From the human T2T-CHM13v2.0 reference genome, Homo sapiens, in the NCBI RefSeq assembly GCF_009914755.1, contig NC_060929.1: a stretch of DNA of 64,000 nt. One strand, written 5' to 3'. The notes under the pieces are model-generated. The model was given only the letters and a program-made list of their open reading frames with translations. It searched no databases and was not told where the DNA came from. Shown in pieces: positions 33,301 through 53,741 of the stretch. Numbering within the stretch: the stretch's first letter is position 1; each line of letters starts with the position of its first letter. Position numbers and translations under genes: made by a program.

Positions 33301-33886
33301 TTGGGGTTTATAATTCTTAAGATGCATATTTTAGCAAACACAATTAGTATTTTATTACTGAACCAAAAGTTTTAATACCTTCTAAACAAATACTGGAAGA
33401 CAACTCAGCATTGATGGAATGTGTGTAAACATCAGTATTTTTATATACACTACATACATGTATATCAGTTTATTTATAAATATCCTAGAAGACTTAGCTA
33501 TTTTAGGTGTAACAAATAGAAGTTGAGTGGATGAAGTAGAAAAAATGAATGATTAATAGTTACCTACTTTATGTATTAAATAATACATATTGTTTTGGTA
33601 GACAATAAAAAATGAGTGTTTTTCCCTCAGATTCAATTACATTTAATAAAAAGTCAGGGTACATTTCTTTTTTTATACTCTTCAGAGTTTGTGCAGTTAA
33701 AAGTAAAAATTTATGTATGTAAACAACTTTTGGGAGCACTAATAATTTTTTACATTAGAAGACAAGAAGGCTATGTTCTCATTTACTTAGTTTTTGGACC
33801 CTTGGCTTGGATGTCATACTAGGTAATTTTAACCACTGGATGCACGGATGCACTGGATGTTTGTGTTTGCCAATGAGTGGTTAGCC

Positions 33887-34207
33887 TTTTTTCTTCTTTC
33901 TTTTTTTTTTTTTTTTTGAGATGGAGTCTAGCTCTGTCCCCTAGGCTGGAGCGCAGTGGCGCAATCTCGGCTCACTGCAAGCTGTGCCTCCCATGTTCAC
34001 GCCATTCTCCTGCCTCAGCCTCCGGAGTAGCTGGGACTATAGGCACCCGCCACCACGCCCGGCTAATTTTTTTTTTTTTTGGTATTTTTAGTAGAGACGG
34101 GGTTTCACTGCGTTAGCCAGGATAGTCTTGATCTCCTGACCTCGTGATCCGCCTGCCTCGGCCTCCCGAAGTGCTGGGATTACAGGCGTGAGCCACCGCG
34201 CCCGGCC
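33887..34207 (-). mobile_element. AluY, full length
   Basis: Y diagnostics are present (actgcaagct, ttcacgccattc, gttagccaggat, gacctcgtgatcc) and many CpGs are retained. Approximate TSD gtggttagcctttt/gtgatttgcctttt. Confidence 0.95.
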
Positions 34208-36054
34208 GTGATTTGCCTTTTAACTGAGATTTGCCTCTGATCTTCAGTGAAGTTCACAGATGTTGCCTTATCAGAAAGTTGGTATTTGGGAAAAGTTTTC
34301 AGAAAATATATCCCCTATATTTAGAATATATATCCCTTATATATAGAGGAAAAAAGTTTTCTATTTTCTTTAAAGCAACGCAACTAAATAATGCGACCTA
34401 TCAAATTGTTTCATCTTAATTCAGGGACACAAGAGGAATGCTGCTCTGGAGGACACTAGCATCTATCAAGTGTTTTCTCGTTCATTGCTAAGTGTACAGT
34501 TCATTGTTCGGTCACCTGTGTCTGTCAGTTTAGCATATGTAAGGCAGTTCTCAGCATCCTTCATTCTTCTCTGAAACTTACATGGAGGCTTCAAACATTG
34601 TCTGGCTCATTATTTCCCAAGAAAGGTTAAGCCCTTTACTGTCAGACCGGAACCCTTCGCTAATTAGAGCCCTTGCTTTGTCACTGAACGTGTCACGTTT
34701 GCAAGCCTTCCTGCTGTGATCAGGGGCACGTTGCTCACTCGCATAAATGTCCAGCGACCCCAGATCTCCAGGGAAGACTGCCTACTATTTTCTGTGTGAC
34801 AAATGTTTAACTTGCTAAAATCCTAACTCCCCTTTAACAGACTTTTATGTAGAATTGGATGAGATAGTCACCAGTTCACAAAGAAGCTTTTGCTTAATAC
34901 TGCCCTGTTTATCGCTTCAGTTTTAGTGAAGTTGAGTCCACGTAAAATAATAAAAGCAATACTTTCAAATGTGGAAAAAATAGTAAATTTTCCCACTCGT
35001 TAAAAAAGGAATGTGTCTGTATATCTGTTACATAGTATTTTTCATTTCATAAAAAAATCTTGCTTCTTTTTGATTAGGTAAAAAATCTGTTCTTTTTTAT
35101 TTAATTTATAAGGATACCCAAGATTGTTTTAAATGATTAAAATGATATCATATAACTACATTACTTCCATTGACTTTCTTCTTTGATTCAGGAAATATAT
35201 AATTTACAGTTTCTTTTTCAGTTGATAGGATTTTACCATTTGCAAGGATAGAAGGATTAAATGCACTGGCATTTAATTAAATTGTGTCCTTGAATTGTCA
35301 AAGACTGCTTTTGGGAGTAAGTCAGGCTTCACCCTTCCTAGTCATAGGAGGGTTCCTGTATCTTTTGTTGGATCATTACCTCCTTCCATTTCCAGCTTTC
35401 CTTGGTTACATCAGAGAGCTGGCCCAAATGATGTGAGTGTCTTCGTGTTTGATTTCATTATGGGTTAGTTAACTTCTTGAAGAAAATTGTCTATTATGTA
35501 TATAGATCACAATTGTATATTTGGCTGGTTGATTCACAGGTTAATTTTAGATATAAGGTTAGTTCACAAGCCTAGTGCACTTTTCTTTTTGAAGGAAAAT
35601 ACATTATAAAACTTAAAAAAGAGTTGTATTAAATGTCAGAGTTATTTAAGGCCAGAGGAAAGAAATTTTCTTTTTTACCAAGAAAGATTTTTAGCATACT
35701 TCCTTCTGAAGAAAAAGGAATTAAAAGGAAAAGAAAAAGCCAGCAAGCTGTAGGAACTTGTTTATAGAAAGTTTTAAAATTATAAAAAGTCATATATTTA
35801 TTGCTTAATTCAAGAACTTAAATTTCTTTGTCTTGATACTTCTCAAAAGAATGCTGTATTAAAAATCCAGTGACTTTTAAAAAATATAAAACCAATGATA
35901 AAATATCAGATCATTAAAGCTGTTTTTATACATTTGTCCCTTTGGAAAAAGGATACATCATCAAGTTTCCTTACTGGGTTTGAGTTTCTATACTTATTTT
36001 TATCTTTTTATTTTACTAATATTCAGACTCAGTTTTACCAACTGTATTTATTTG

Positions 36055-36058
<4 letters not shown>

Positions 36059-36104
<46 letters not shown>
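36059..36104. repeat. (AC)23 microsatellite
   Basis: Perfect dinucleotide run. Confidence 0.97.
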
Positions 36105-36106
<2 letters not shown>

Positions 36107-37491
36107 CATTGGGGAGAAGGACGATAGAGATGAGAGGGGCTTTTTATTGATTTTTTTTCATCCTAATTTTAGAAAGATGTTCATTATAGAAATTTTAGAA
36201 AAAAGAAGAAAGAAATGCCACTAGGAATCCAACACCTTAAGGAAACAATAACTTTTAAGTTTGTTTTTCTTCCTTTATGAGTAGCTAATTTATGTTTGTA
36301 ACTCATTAAATCATAAAAGTTTTAAGGTTTAAAAATTTATTTGTGTGAGATATGCATATATATTTACTTATATGGCCAATCTCCATTCTGTGATTTATAT
36401 TCACTACTATTGTACAGTAGACTGTAATTAGTTTTTACATTTTTAATTGCTTTTGATTTTTTAAAAGTTTATTTTAAGTTAACAAGTAATACATAAACAT
36501 AGTCTTGGAAAAGATTGAGAGGGTACATGGGTTTGTTCCCTTTTTTCCATTTCCCCATGCCAGTCCCCTACTGGATTTAACCATGGTCACTAGTTTTGTG
36601 TTTATCTTTCCCAACATTTTTATTTTCATTAACATAAGTATTAGGTTATTAAGTGGGACTTCTCCTGTTGCTCTGGACTAAGGGACAAAACCAAGGACAT
36701 ATGGTACAGCCAGTACCTCATGTTCTAAAGAGAGCTGTAGTGTGACCAACCCTCCAGGGCTCAAATAGGGTCTGCAGTTCCCAATCACATACTAACCCTC
36801 CTTCTAACTCTAGGCTCCTTCCACTTATATAAGAGAACTCTAGGAGGAGTTGGATAGAGAGAGGAAATAAGGGGAAGAAGGCAAGAGAGACAGACAGAGA
36901 ATAATGGTTTCCAAGTGAATTACTTGGAGAGAATGAGAATTCTTGCAAAAACAGGTTGAAGTTTACATATGTAGCTTACTGGCAGATCAAACTCCATATA
37001 TGTTTGAGCAGGAGAACAATGGGTAGAAATAGGCTGCACGGGTCAGCCTGTATTCCTGCGGATTGGTGTGGAGGGATGTGTGAGCTTCCTGTGGGGCAGT
37101 AGACACTATGACAGGTAGTAAGTTTATACCATTCTGCCAGTGCCTCAGGTCAGGATCTGCCACTGTCAGTGAATTACCCTTTCTCCCCACTGATTCTTTT
37201 GAGGTTTTATATCAAAAATTTAAATATACTAAGACTGGTATACTATATAGCATTTAAAATGTTATCTCATTAAAATATACCAATATATGTTTTAACTGTA
37301 CTGGTTAATATATTTTAAGTGTATTCAGAAGAACTGGCTATTAGTATATTTTAAATTATTTTGAATTTTAGAATAGTTTTGAACTATACTTTCCTGTTGT
37401 TCTCCCAGATGAATGTAGAATCCAAATATCAAATCCTCAGGGTCCATTTGAATTTTAGCCTCTTTATAAGAGTATTTGTCAGTAAGAAATC

Positions 37492-38383
37492 CAGCTCTCC
37501 AAGAAAAAAACAAATAACCCCATTAAAAAGTGGGCAAAGAACATGAACAGACACTTTGTAAAAGAAGACATACATGCGGCCAACAAGCTTGTGAAAAAAA
37601 GCTCAACATCACTGATCATTAGAGAAATGCACATCAAAACCACAATGAGATACCATCTCATGCCAGTCAAAATGGCTATTATTAAAAAGTCACAAAATAA
37701 CAGATGCTGGCGAGGTTGTGGAGAAAAAGGAATGCTTGTACACTATTGGTGGGAGTGTAAATTAGTTCAATCATTGTGGAAGACAGTGTGGCAATTTCTC
37801 AAAGACCTAGGCAGGAACACCATTTGACGCAGCAATCTCATTACTGAGTATATACCCAAAGGAATATAAATCTTTATGTCATAAGGACACATGCATGCCT
37901 ATGTTCACTGGAGCACTATTCACAATAGCAAAGACATGGAATCAACCCAAATGCCCATCAATGGTAGACTGGATAAAAAGAAGTGGTACATATACACCAT
38001 GGGATACTATGCTGCCATAAAAAGGAAAATGATCATGTACTTTGCAGGGACATGAATGCAGCTGGGGGCTAATATCCTTAGCAAACTAACACAGGAACAG
38101 AAAACCAAATGCCACATGTTTTCACTTATAAGTGGGAGCTAAGTGATGAGAACAAAGGAACACATAGAGGGGAACAACAGACACTGGGGCCTGTCTGAGA
38201 GTAGAGGGTGGAAGGAGGGAGAGGATCAGGAAAAATAACTAATGGATACTAGGCTTAATACCTGGGTGATGAAATAATTGGTACAACAACAGTCCCCCAT
38301 GACACATGGTCACCTATGTAACAAACCTGCACATCCTATACATGTACCCCTGAATTTAAAATGAAAGTTACAAAAAAAAAAAA
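37492..38383 (+). mobile_element. L1PA13-16-like 3' fragment (~0.9 kb) with TSD
   Basis: The ORF2 C-terminus ([24 protein letters not shown]...HYWWEC), 3'UTR and poly-A are present. TSD AAGAAATC lies at 37484-37491 and 38384-38391. Confidence 0.92.
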
Positions 38384-38469
38384 AAGAAATCTGACTCATT
38401 ATCATTAATACAGAAATTCTTTGTTCAGGTTTACTTGCTTGTTCAACCCTGTGAATGTAACCAATGTCA

Positions 38470-39215
38470 TGAGTGGATGCCTTGCTCACTATCCCTATGT
38501 TCCAAAACCCCAAGCCAGCTCTTATAGCTTCACATTGATACCCTGGGCCTGGCCAGCATCCCCTTGGCCTTCATGGCAATGCCCTTCTCACCCTGGTTGG
38601 CCAGCACCTCACAGTAGGCCATCTCCCTGTTTGGCAGTTCCTCCTCCCCCTGCTCTGTCTCTGACTACCACTCCTCTTGCTTTCACACTAGCACAGGCAC
38701 TGATCTCACACCAGGTCACCACTCTTGCACAGATGCTCTCATTACTGCACTGGAGCCCAGACCCTCTGTGGGAATGTCCGCCCCACTCAAATGGGCTCTG
38801 CCATGATACCCCGTGCCAGAATGCCCCTCCATGAGGATGATCTTCGTACCTTGCTTGGACTTCAGCATTCTGCTCGAGGTCTTTTCCCACACAGACATCC
38901 TCCACAGCCAGCATGGGCTCTGGCACCCTGGGCTGGGTCACCTCCATGCTGGATGTTCTCTTCACTCTCTTTGGGTCCTGACTCTCCACACAATGCTGCC
39001 ACAATTCATGAACTTCTTCCTCACCCTGCTCTGACTCTGATAGCCTGCCCTGGTTGTACCCCCTGTGTCACACCTACTTGGCTTCCTGCACTACGTTGCC
39101 TCCTCACATGAATGCTCTCCTGACCCCATTCAGGTATTAACTCTCCATGCTGGACAATCCTATTGCCTGGACACCCTTCTTACCCTGCTTAGGTTTTGCA
39201 CCTAGACATCTTCCT
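38470..39215. repeat. Ancient C-rich degenerate tandem array (~58-60-bp unit), possibly MamRep605-like
   Basis: A recurrent unit resembling GGATGCCCTCCTCACCCTGCTTGGGCTCTGACACCC occurs near 38474, 38573, 38731, 38832, 38892, 38949, 39008, 39107 and 39168. Confidence 0.6.
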
Positions 39216-39429
39216 TGTTTTACCCCACATAATAATGATCTGAGTTGTTCAGAAAAGAAGGGATGGGAAGGAAAGGAGAAGTGAAAGAGCTGTGATTGAC
39301 TTTTGTACCTTTTTCCCAAATGAGTTTATTACATGTGATTAAAAGGCAAATAAGATAAGGCCTTTGCCTTCCATAGGTTTACATTCTGGAAGGGGGACAA
39401 ACACATAGAGATATTAGAGTACAGTTGTG

Positions 39430-39841
39430 TCTATTAGTCTGTTCTCCCACTGCTATAAAGAAATACCTGAGACTGGTAATGTATAAAGAAAAGAGGTTTA
39501 ATTGACTCATGGTTCCATAGGCTGTACAGGAAGCATGGCTGGGGAGGCCTCAGGAAACTGGTAATCATGGCAGAAGGTGAAGGGGAAGCAGGTTCATCTT
39601 ACATGGCAGGAGCAGGAGGAAGAGAAGAGGGGCGTGTGTATGGGGTGGGGTGGGAAGGGTGGTGGGAGGTGCCATACAATTTTAAACAACCAAATCTTGT
39701 GAAAACGCTATCATGAGAATAGCACCAAAGGGGGAAATCCGCCCCCATGATCCAGCCACCTCCCACCAGGCCCCACCTCTGCCACTGGGGATTACAATTC
39801 AAAATGAGATTTGGGTGGGGACACAGATCCAAACCATATCA
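39430..39841 (-). mobile_element. MSTA MaLR solo LTR (within an L2 relic)
   Basis: actgctataaagaaatacctgagactgg...aagaggtttaattgactca...gatttgggtggggacacagatccaaaccatatca. Confidence 0.9.
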
Positions 39842-40909
39842 GTGTGCTAACACAGTACTGTTTTGTAGGTGCTGTAGTAACATACTGGAACTATACCTAT
39901 GTCAGTCTGGAGGATTTGGTAAAGGCCTTTGGGAGGTGGTGATGAGCAGCTCAGTCTTTAGAAAATAGGAGAATCTAACTTGGTAAAAAGAGACTATGGT
40001 AGGCTGATGAACTCATAACATTTGCATCAGATTATTTATAAATATAAGCAAGCATAATATTAAAAGTTTTAGTATTACTAGGAAAGTACAAATAGGTTTA
40101 GTTTATTTAAAAAGCCTTTATTAATGAGAAAATCTCATCATAGAAGCAGGTGGACCTTCTTTGTTTTTCTGAAAAACAAGGAAATTGGTTTAAGAATGAG
40201 TTCATGTTGCTTTGAGGGCCTGACACATGCCTGAATGTGACCTACTACAACCACAAAAAACAATTTAAAATGAAGCCCTAACTATTTTATAATGGAATGC
40301 CTAATTTGTGCTGGGAATAAGCACAACAAACCTGACTATAAAGGAAAGGGAAGTTATTCTTTATATTTGGAATGCCTTTAAATTTCTTTTTAATTAAAAA
40401 AAAAATCAGCCAAGAATATTGACAAAGTTTTCCTTGCTGTGGTGCCCTGAAGCTTGCCACCGTGACCCATGCTTAATGGCCAAGAGTCTTTGGAAAACCT
40501 CATTCAATAGACATAAGAATTATATGTGAGTGAGACCTGTGGGTTAGAAATGGGATTAGAGAATCTGTCCCTGGGAGTATTTTTTGGGTGCACAATTAGT
40601 TCTTTTAACTTGGCTTTCCTATGTATATGAAATAGGGTGTGCATATTTGTCCTGAAAAAAAAAACTTATTTATAACATTGTTTATTAAAATCAAAATTAA
40701 ATGAATTATGGAATATTTTTCTAGCCCGAGAAAACATAAATATTTCTGATAGTGATTTTACAAGACTGAGCAGAGTTGGTTTATCGAATGTATTCTGTAT
40801 TTTCATTTATTTACAGAGTACATTAAAATTGGAAGTTCCGTGTGGGGAAAAACAGGCAATTTTGGTGGTCTCAATCTGTTGGAAAGGCCCAGGTGGTGAT
40901 TTTAGCTAA

Positions 40910-41020
40910 CAATGGTGGTTAAGGCCCAGTTCTGCTGTTCATAAACTCCATGACCTTGGGCTAGTTACTTCACATCTCTCCATATCAGTTTCCTCATGTG
41001 TATGATGTGAATAATACTGT
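40910..41020 (+). mobile_element. MIR fragment
   Basis: atgaccttgggctagttacttcacatctct...cagtttcctcatgtgta. Confidence 0.6.
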
Positions 41021-41930
41021 TAAGAAAAATGGTAACCTTTTCTCATAGCATCTTATTTGCAGATTACTAGACTGAATGAACTGTGGATATAATATAGTTT
41101 CTCCACATAAAATCTATGTCCAAGTAACTTTATTTTAAAGGACATTACCCCAGTGCATCCAGTTATTTGCACTGAGTAATTCTGGAATTAATATAATTTT
41201 ACTTACAGGAAACATGAAAAAACGAAACTTCTTCTAAGCTAACATATTAAAAAAGCAAAACACAAAACTTGCTAACTTTAGCTACTTAATACTTAAGATT
41301 CACAGGAGTAGGGATAATATTTTTTATCTCGAATACAATGTTGATTACATAGGGAGAAATAACTGTGTTGGTTGTTAATAGATTTGCCTGTGAATGATGG
41401 TTAAATTATATATTATCTTTAACTGCTCCTATGAAGAATGGCAGTGCTCTGTCTTTGTGTACTGAGATTACTTATATAATCTAAGACATGACATTAAAGG
41501 GACCACTGGTTGTGAGAAACATGATTCTATTAAATCAAGTTGTACTGTTTTCAAATAAGTAGAGAGTCTAATCATTGTATTAGGGTCAAGATCACAACAC
41601 TTTTGGAAAAGAAATTTGCAATTGTAATAAATTAGAGTTCAGTCTTATTATTACTTTGGGAAACATTTTTTTCTTACAAATATAGTTACTTGTCGAGCTA
41701 CTGAAAAATATTTTGTTCAGGCAATTTTTGGGTAAAATATTACAGGTTGTTTAGTATCATATAAGTTTTCATGGCTGCTTTTATGATGTTTCTGCTAAAA
41801 TATTTTATGAAGTAGAAATGCTATTAAACCCTAAAACTAAATGAAAATAAGCATAATTTAGACAAAACAAAACCTCATTTAATCTGATTTTTTTTTTCAA
41901 AGCAAATGCCTAGCTTTAAAAATTAGAGCC

Positions 41931-49928
<7,998 letters not shown>

Positions 49929-50373
49929 AAAAATTTGAGCCTCTTAACTAAGAAAGCCTGCATTAGGATGATTTTTCTCTTTGAAATCATTTATTTTTTT
50001 AAAATCACAAAGTTCCTGACCAAATTATGTACTACCCAAAACCTGGGAAAAAAATAAACTAACTCAATATTTTAAGGAAGCATGCCATCCAAGTCTGCAT
50101 AGAAATATGTTAAACCTGCCAGAATACACAATTGAAAAAAATCTATTCAGATTAAAAAATTCATCTACCCTTTATGTATCTCTATGGGGATACATAACTG
50201 TAAGATATTATTTTTCTGGCTACAAGTAATTTTATATTTGTCATAAGAGGAATTAATTTCATGAAGTTATGAAATAAGTCATAATACATAACACAGATAA
50301 ACACATATAACTCTTATAACAGATAAAAACTCATCATTCATGGCTAAATATCTACAAAAATATTCAATAATTA

Positions 50374-51436
50374 CGAGAGGACATCAAAAAGTTAATGAAA
50401 ATGTGTAGTATGAAAAATTATGTATTATGAAAAACTGTATAGATTTCAAAATTTTTTTGCAACAAAATAAACTGTACTAATTTGTTATAACATTCTGAAC
50501 AGGAGCTAGCTTGAGGCACCAAGGGTAAGACATCTGTTTGAAAAGAGCCCCAATCATGTTTGTTTCAGGAAGAAACATGAAACTCATGATGAAGCTTGGG
50601 TAGAAGAATGGTGGCATAATTGGTGCTTCATGAAAAGGCCATGAGAACAATAACTCAAAGAAATCAGCAGTTTACAAATGAATAAACCATTTTAAGGGAT
50701 GAGATGATGAAACCCACAGCAGTAGACCATCCACATCAATTTGTGAGGAAAAAATTTGTCTTGTTTTTGCTCTAATGGAAGAAGACTGATAATTAAACAA
50801 TAGCAAATTTTAAACAACATCAAGATCCTGGAGCATTTCTTCAAAGAATTCTAAAAGGCGTTGAAACATGACTTTATCAATACGATCCTGAAGACAAAGC
50901 ACAATCAAAACAATGGCTACCAAGAGGTGGAAGTGGTCCAGTCAAAGGAAAAGCAGACCAATCAAGAGCAATTTGGGAATGGTCAAGGCATTTTGCTTGT
51001 TGACTTTCTGGAAGGCTAAAGAAAAATAACATCTGTTTATGAGTGTTTTGAGAAAGACAGCCAAAGCTTTATCTGGGAAAGCTTCACCACAGGATCCTTC
51101 ACCATGACAGTACTCCTGTTCATTCCTCTCATCAGGAGAATTTCAATGGGAAATCATTAGGCATCTACCTTACAGTCCTGATTTGGCTCCTTCTGCCTTT
51201 TTTTTCTAATCTTAAAAAATTGTACCCATTTTTCTTTAGTTAATAATGTAAAGAAAGACTGCATTGACATGTTTAAGTTTTCAGGACTCTCAGTTCTTAA
51301 AGGATAGACTATATTGCTGGTATCATCACTTACAAAAGTGTCTTAAACTTGATGGAACTTATGTTGAGAAGTAAAGTCTGTACTTTTTATTTTTATCTCT
51401 AATTCAACTTTCCACAGACTTTTTGAAGTCCTTTTG
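50374..51436 (+). mobile_element. HSMAR2 mariner DNA transposon, internally deleted, both TIRs present
   Basis: TA|CGAGAGGACATCAAAAAGTT ... ACTTTTTGAAGTCCTTTTG|TA. The transposase remnant catctaccttacagtcctgatttggctccttct encodes HLPYSPDLAPS, the mariner YSPDL motif. Confidence 0.9.
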
Positions 51437-53741
51437 TATCTACTGGATAGAATGTATGAATTTTAATGAGAAAATATATTAATTGTTGTGATTATATTTA
51501 AAGTTTATTTCATGAAAATATAAGTAATATAAGTTAAATATGCCTTTTTTGTTTTCAAAACTAATTACACCATTTTGATTACCAGAAGACAGATAATAAC
51601 CTCATCTAAGACAATAAGCTCACACATGGCTGTCATGTGCTGTAAAGTTTCTTTCCAAAAGATGGTATACTATGTTATACTAATTAGGTTTTGTTTGTTC
51701 ATGTGTGCAGTTTTGGGTATTTATAGGCTTTTCCAGATTAAAATAAACTGTTTATAATTACACCTTTCTTCTCAGGGTGACAAATTTTTATTTTAAAAAT
51801 ATTTTGCAATAGAGAAGTTAAGTTGATAATTTTCTGTTGGGGGAAAAAAGTTAGTGGTTGATTCCTGTGCCATTTTTTGGAAAGTTCTCAAAAGGATTTC
51901 TCTCCCTCAATTTTTAAGGACAAATAAGGGGATTATAAGTAAGGAAATTATTCTGGGTCTAAGGCCTATGGAATTCCCAGCTGATAAATGATTGTCCCTT
52001 TGTTAGGTATATATGGCTACTTTGTGAGATGATTTAAAAAATTATGACAGTTATATTTTCAGGGTATCATTTATTTTGCTGGAAATATTTTTTCCCTATA
52101 TTTTAACTTTTAGGACTCGGGGTTATGTTGAGGTACTAAATTGGAATCATTTTAGCTTCTGAGCTTTTTGTTTGAATTGGCAAGGAGGGAAGACTTTGGG
52201 TGATCTGACTTTCTATGAACTGTGTTAATTTTATGCCAGATGTTGATCTCCTTGACTGTGATCCTGTCTTGGCCTCACAACCTCAATTTCTGATGTAATT
52301 GTGCACCTGACAATTGGGTATTCTTTGTCTATCCTAAATTCAATTACCTTGGCTACAGCTATTCAGCAGGAAGAGCCCAAACCTTCTCCCTGATATCTAG
52401 AAAAAAGTTTCTTTAATTTACCAATTTGACCAAAATGAGTTCTCAAATTGCCTACATAGAATTTTTGAATGTTGACTCTTTTTATTTTCTTTTCACATGA
52501 TAGTTTTCGAAGGTGTTGACTGATTTGTAGGAAATTTCATATGCAACTAGTGAATTGTTTTCAAAGTTTTGTACTGCAGATGCTTCAGAGAAGAAAGTTT
52601 CTAGGTTATGTATGGGTGAAAAACATTGTGTAGTTTTCCTTTTCTCTTAATTTATGGTACTTATTAGTCGTATAGTGAAATAATCTGTTAAAATTTCCAA
52701 TGCGGCATTATAATGGGCGACTAAGCTTTTACTCTGCTATTGTTGACAAGCTTTGAAGCCATTTTCCTATGCCCCAGGAACTTTGGGGGTATTGTAATCT
52801 TGTTCTTTAGGGTAGGCCTGAAACTTCTTCAATGGCCATGTTTCAGTTTGATGATCCACTAAAACTATATTCTTGACAAGTTTTTTTCCCCGTATTACTA
52901 GAGAAAATTGGATAAGGAATGGAGGAGCAGATTCAGTGAATTATAAAGGGCTGGATTAAATAAGTGAGATATATAGCATGCTTTTTTCACTTTGGTGGGT
53001 ATTCCTTGTGTCATTTCTCCAAATAAAAGCGTAGGCAATATCTCATGGTTGGGATCAGTGGCAGGTGGCAGACACTGAAGACCAGCTATGTCATCTGAGA
53101 GTGTGCTGAGACAGCCTTATATGCTTTATGAGTAGGATCTACAGAGATGCCCACATGGGCATGGGCTGAGGAGTGTGAAATTGTGATGAGGGCTGATAAG
53201 CAAGGCTTTCTAAGGCTGGAATGACACTTCCATACTTTGTTGTATGTATATGTACATAGTATATATACATACTATATATAAAGACATTTAGAAATGTTTT
53301 TAGTACCTTTATTCTACACTATGCGTTTATCTTCTGCCTTCCCCTTATAGTGGAATTAATTTCATATGGGGATCCTTTGGATATCTCAGAAAGTTTCTTT
53401 GTAAATCTAGATTCCTGAGCTAATTCAAAAATTATTTCGATTATCCCACAATTAGTACAGTTCAATGTTATTTCATCTTAGAATTTTTCATGCTTAATAC
53501 CTATTCACACCCATGGTTAATACCTATTCACACCCTATTCACACCAGGGTACTAAAAAGCACACTTTGAAAATTGTTATATTACAAGTATCTAAATATTC
53601 CTGGGGCTCATTTTGTGGTTTATTTAAAATACAGGAGATATGTTTTCAAATGAGGATTATTTCTAAAACTTTTATACTTTTTTTTACTTTTGATGCTTAG
53701 ATATTCATGAGTCAATAAGTAGCATATTTAGTTCATAGTTA

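Noticed and set aside
38421-39111. Overlapping 128-137 aa ORFs on both strands as a coding gene or processed pseudogene
   Set aside because: There is no recognisable protein similarity, and no poly-A or TSD. The open frames are explained by GC-rich degenerate tandem sequence.
40817-40855. Possible 39-nt plus-strand exon after a good acceptor
   Set aside because: The donor would be a weak non-canonical GCAATT, and there is no supporting evidence.
50570-51375. Functional or domesticated mariner transposase
   Set aside because: This HSMAR2 copy has internal deletions, frameshifts and stops. No ORF of 60 aa or more appears in the track.
53494-53545. Short tandem duplication of ttaatacctattcacacc
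   Set aside because: This is an ordinary slippage-type duplication with no further structure.
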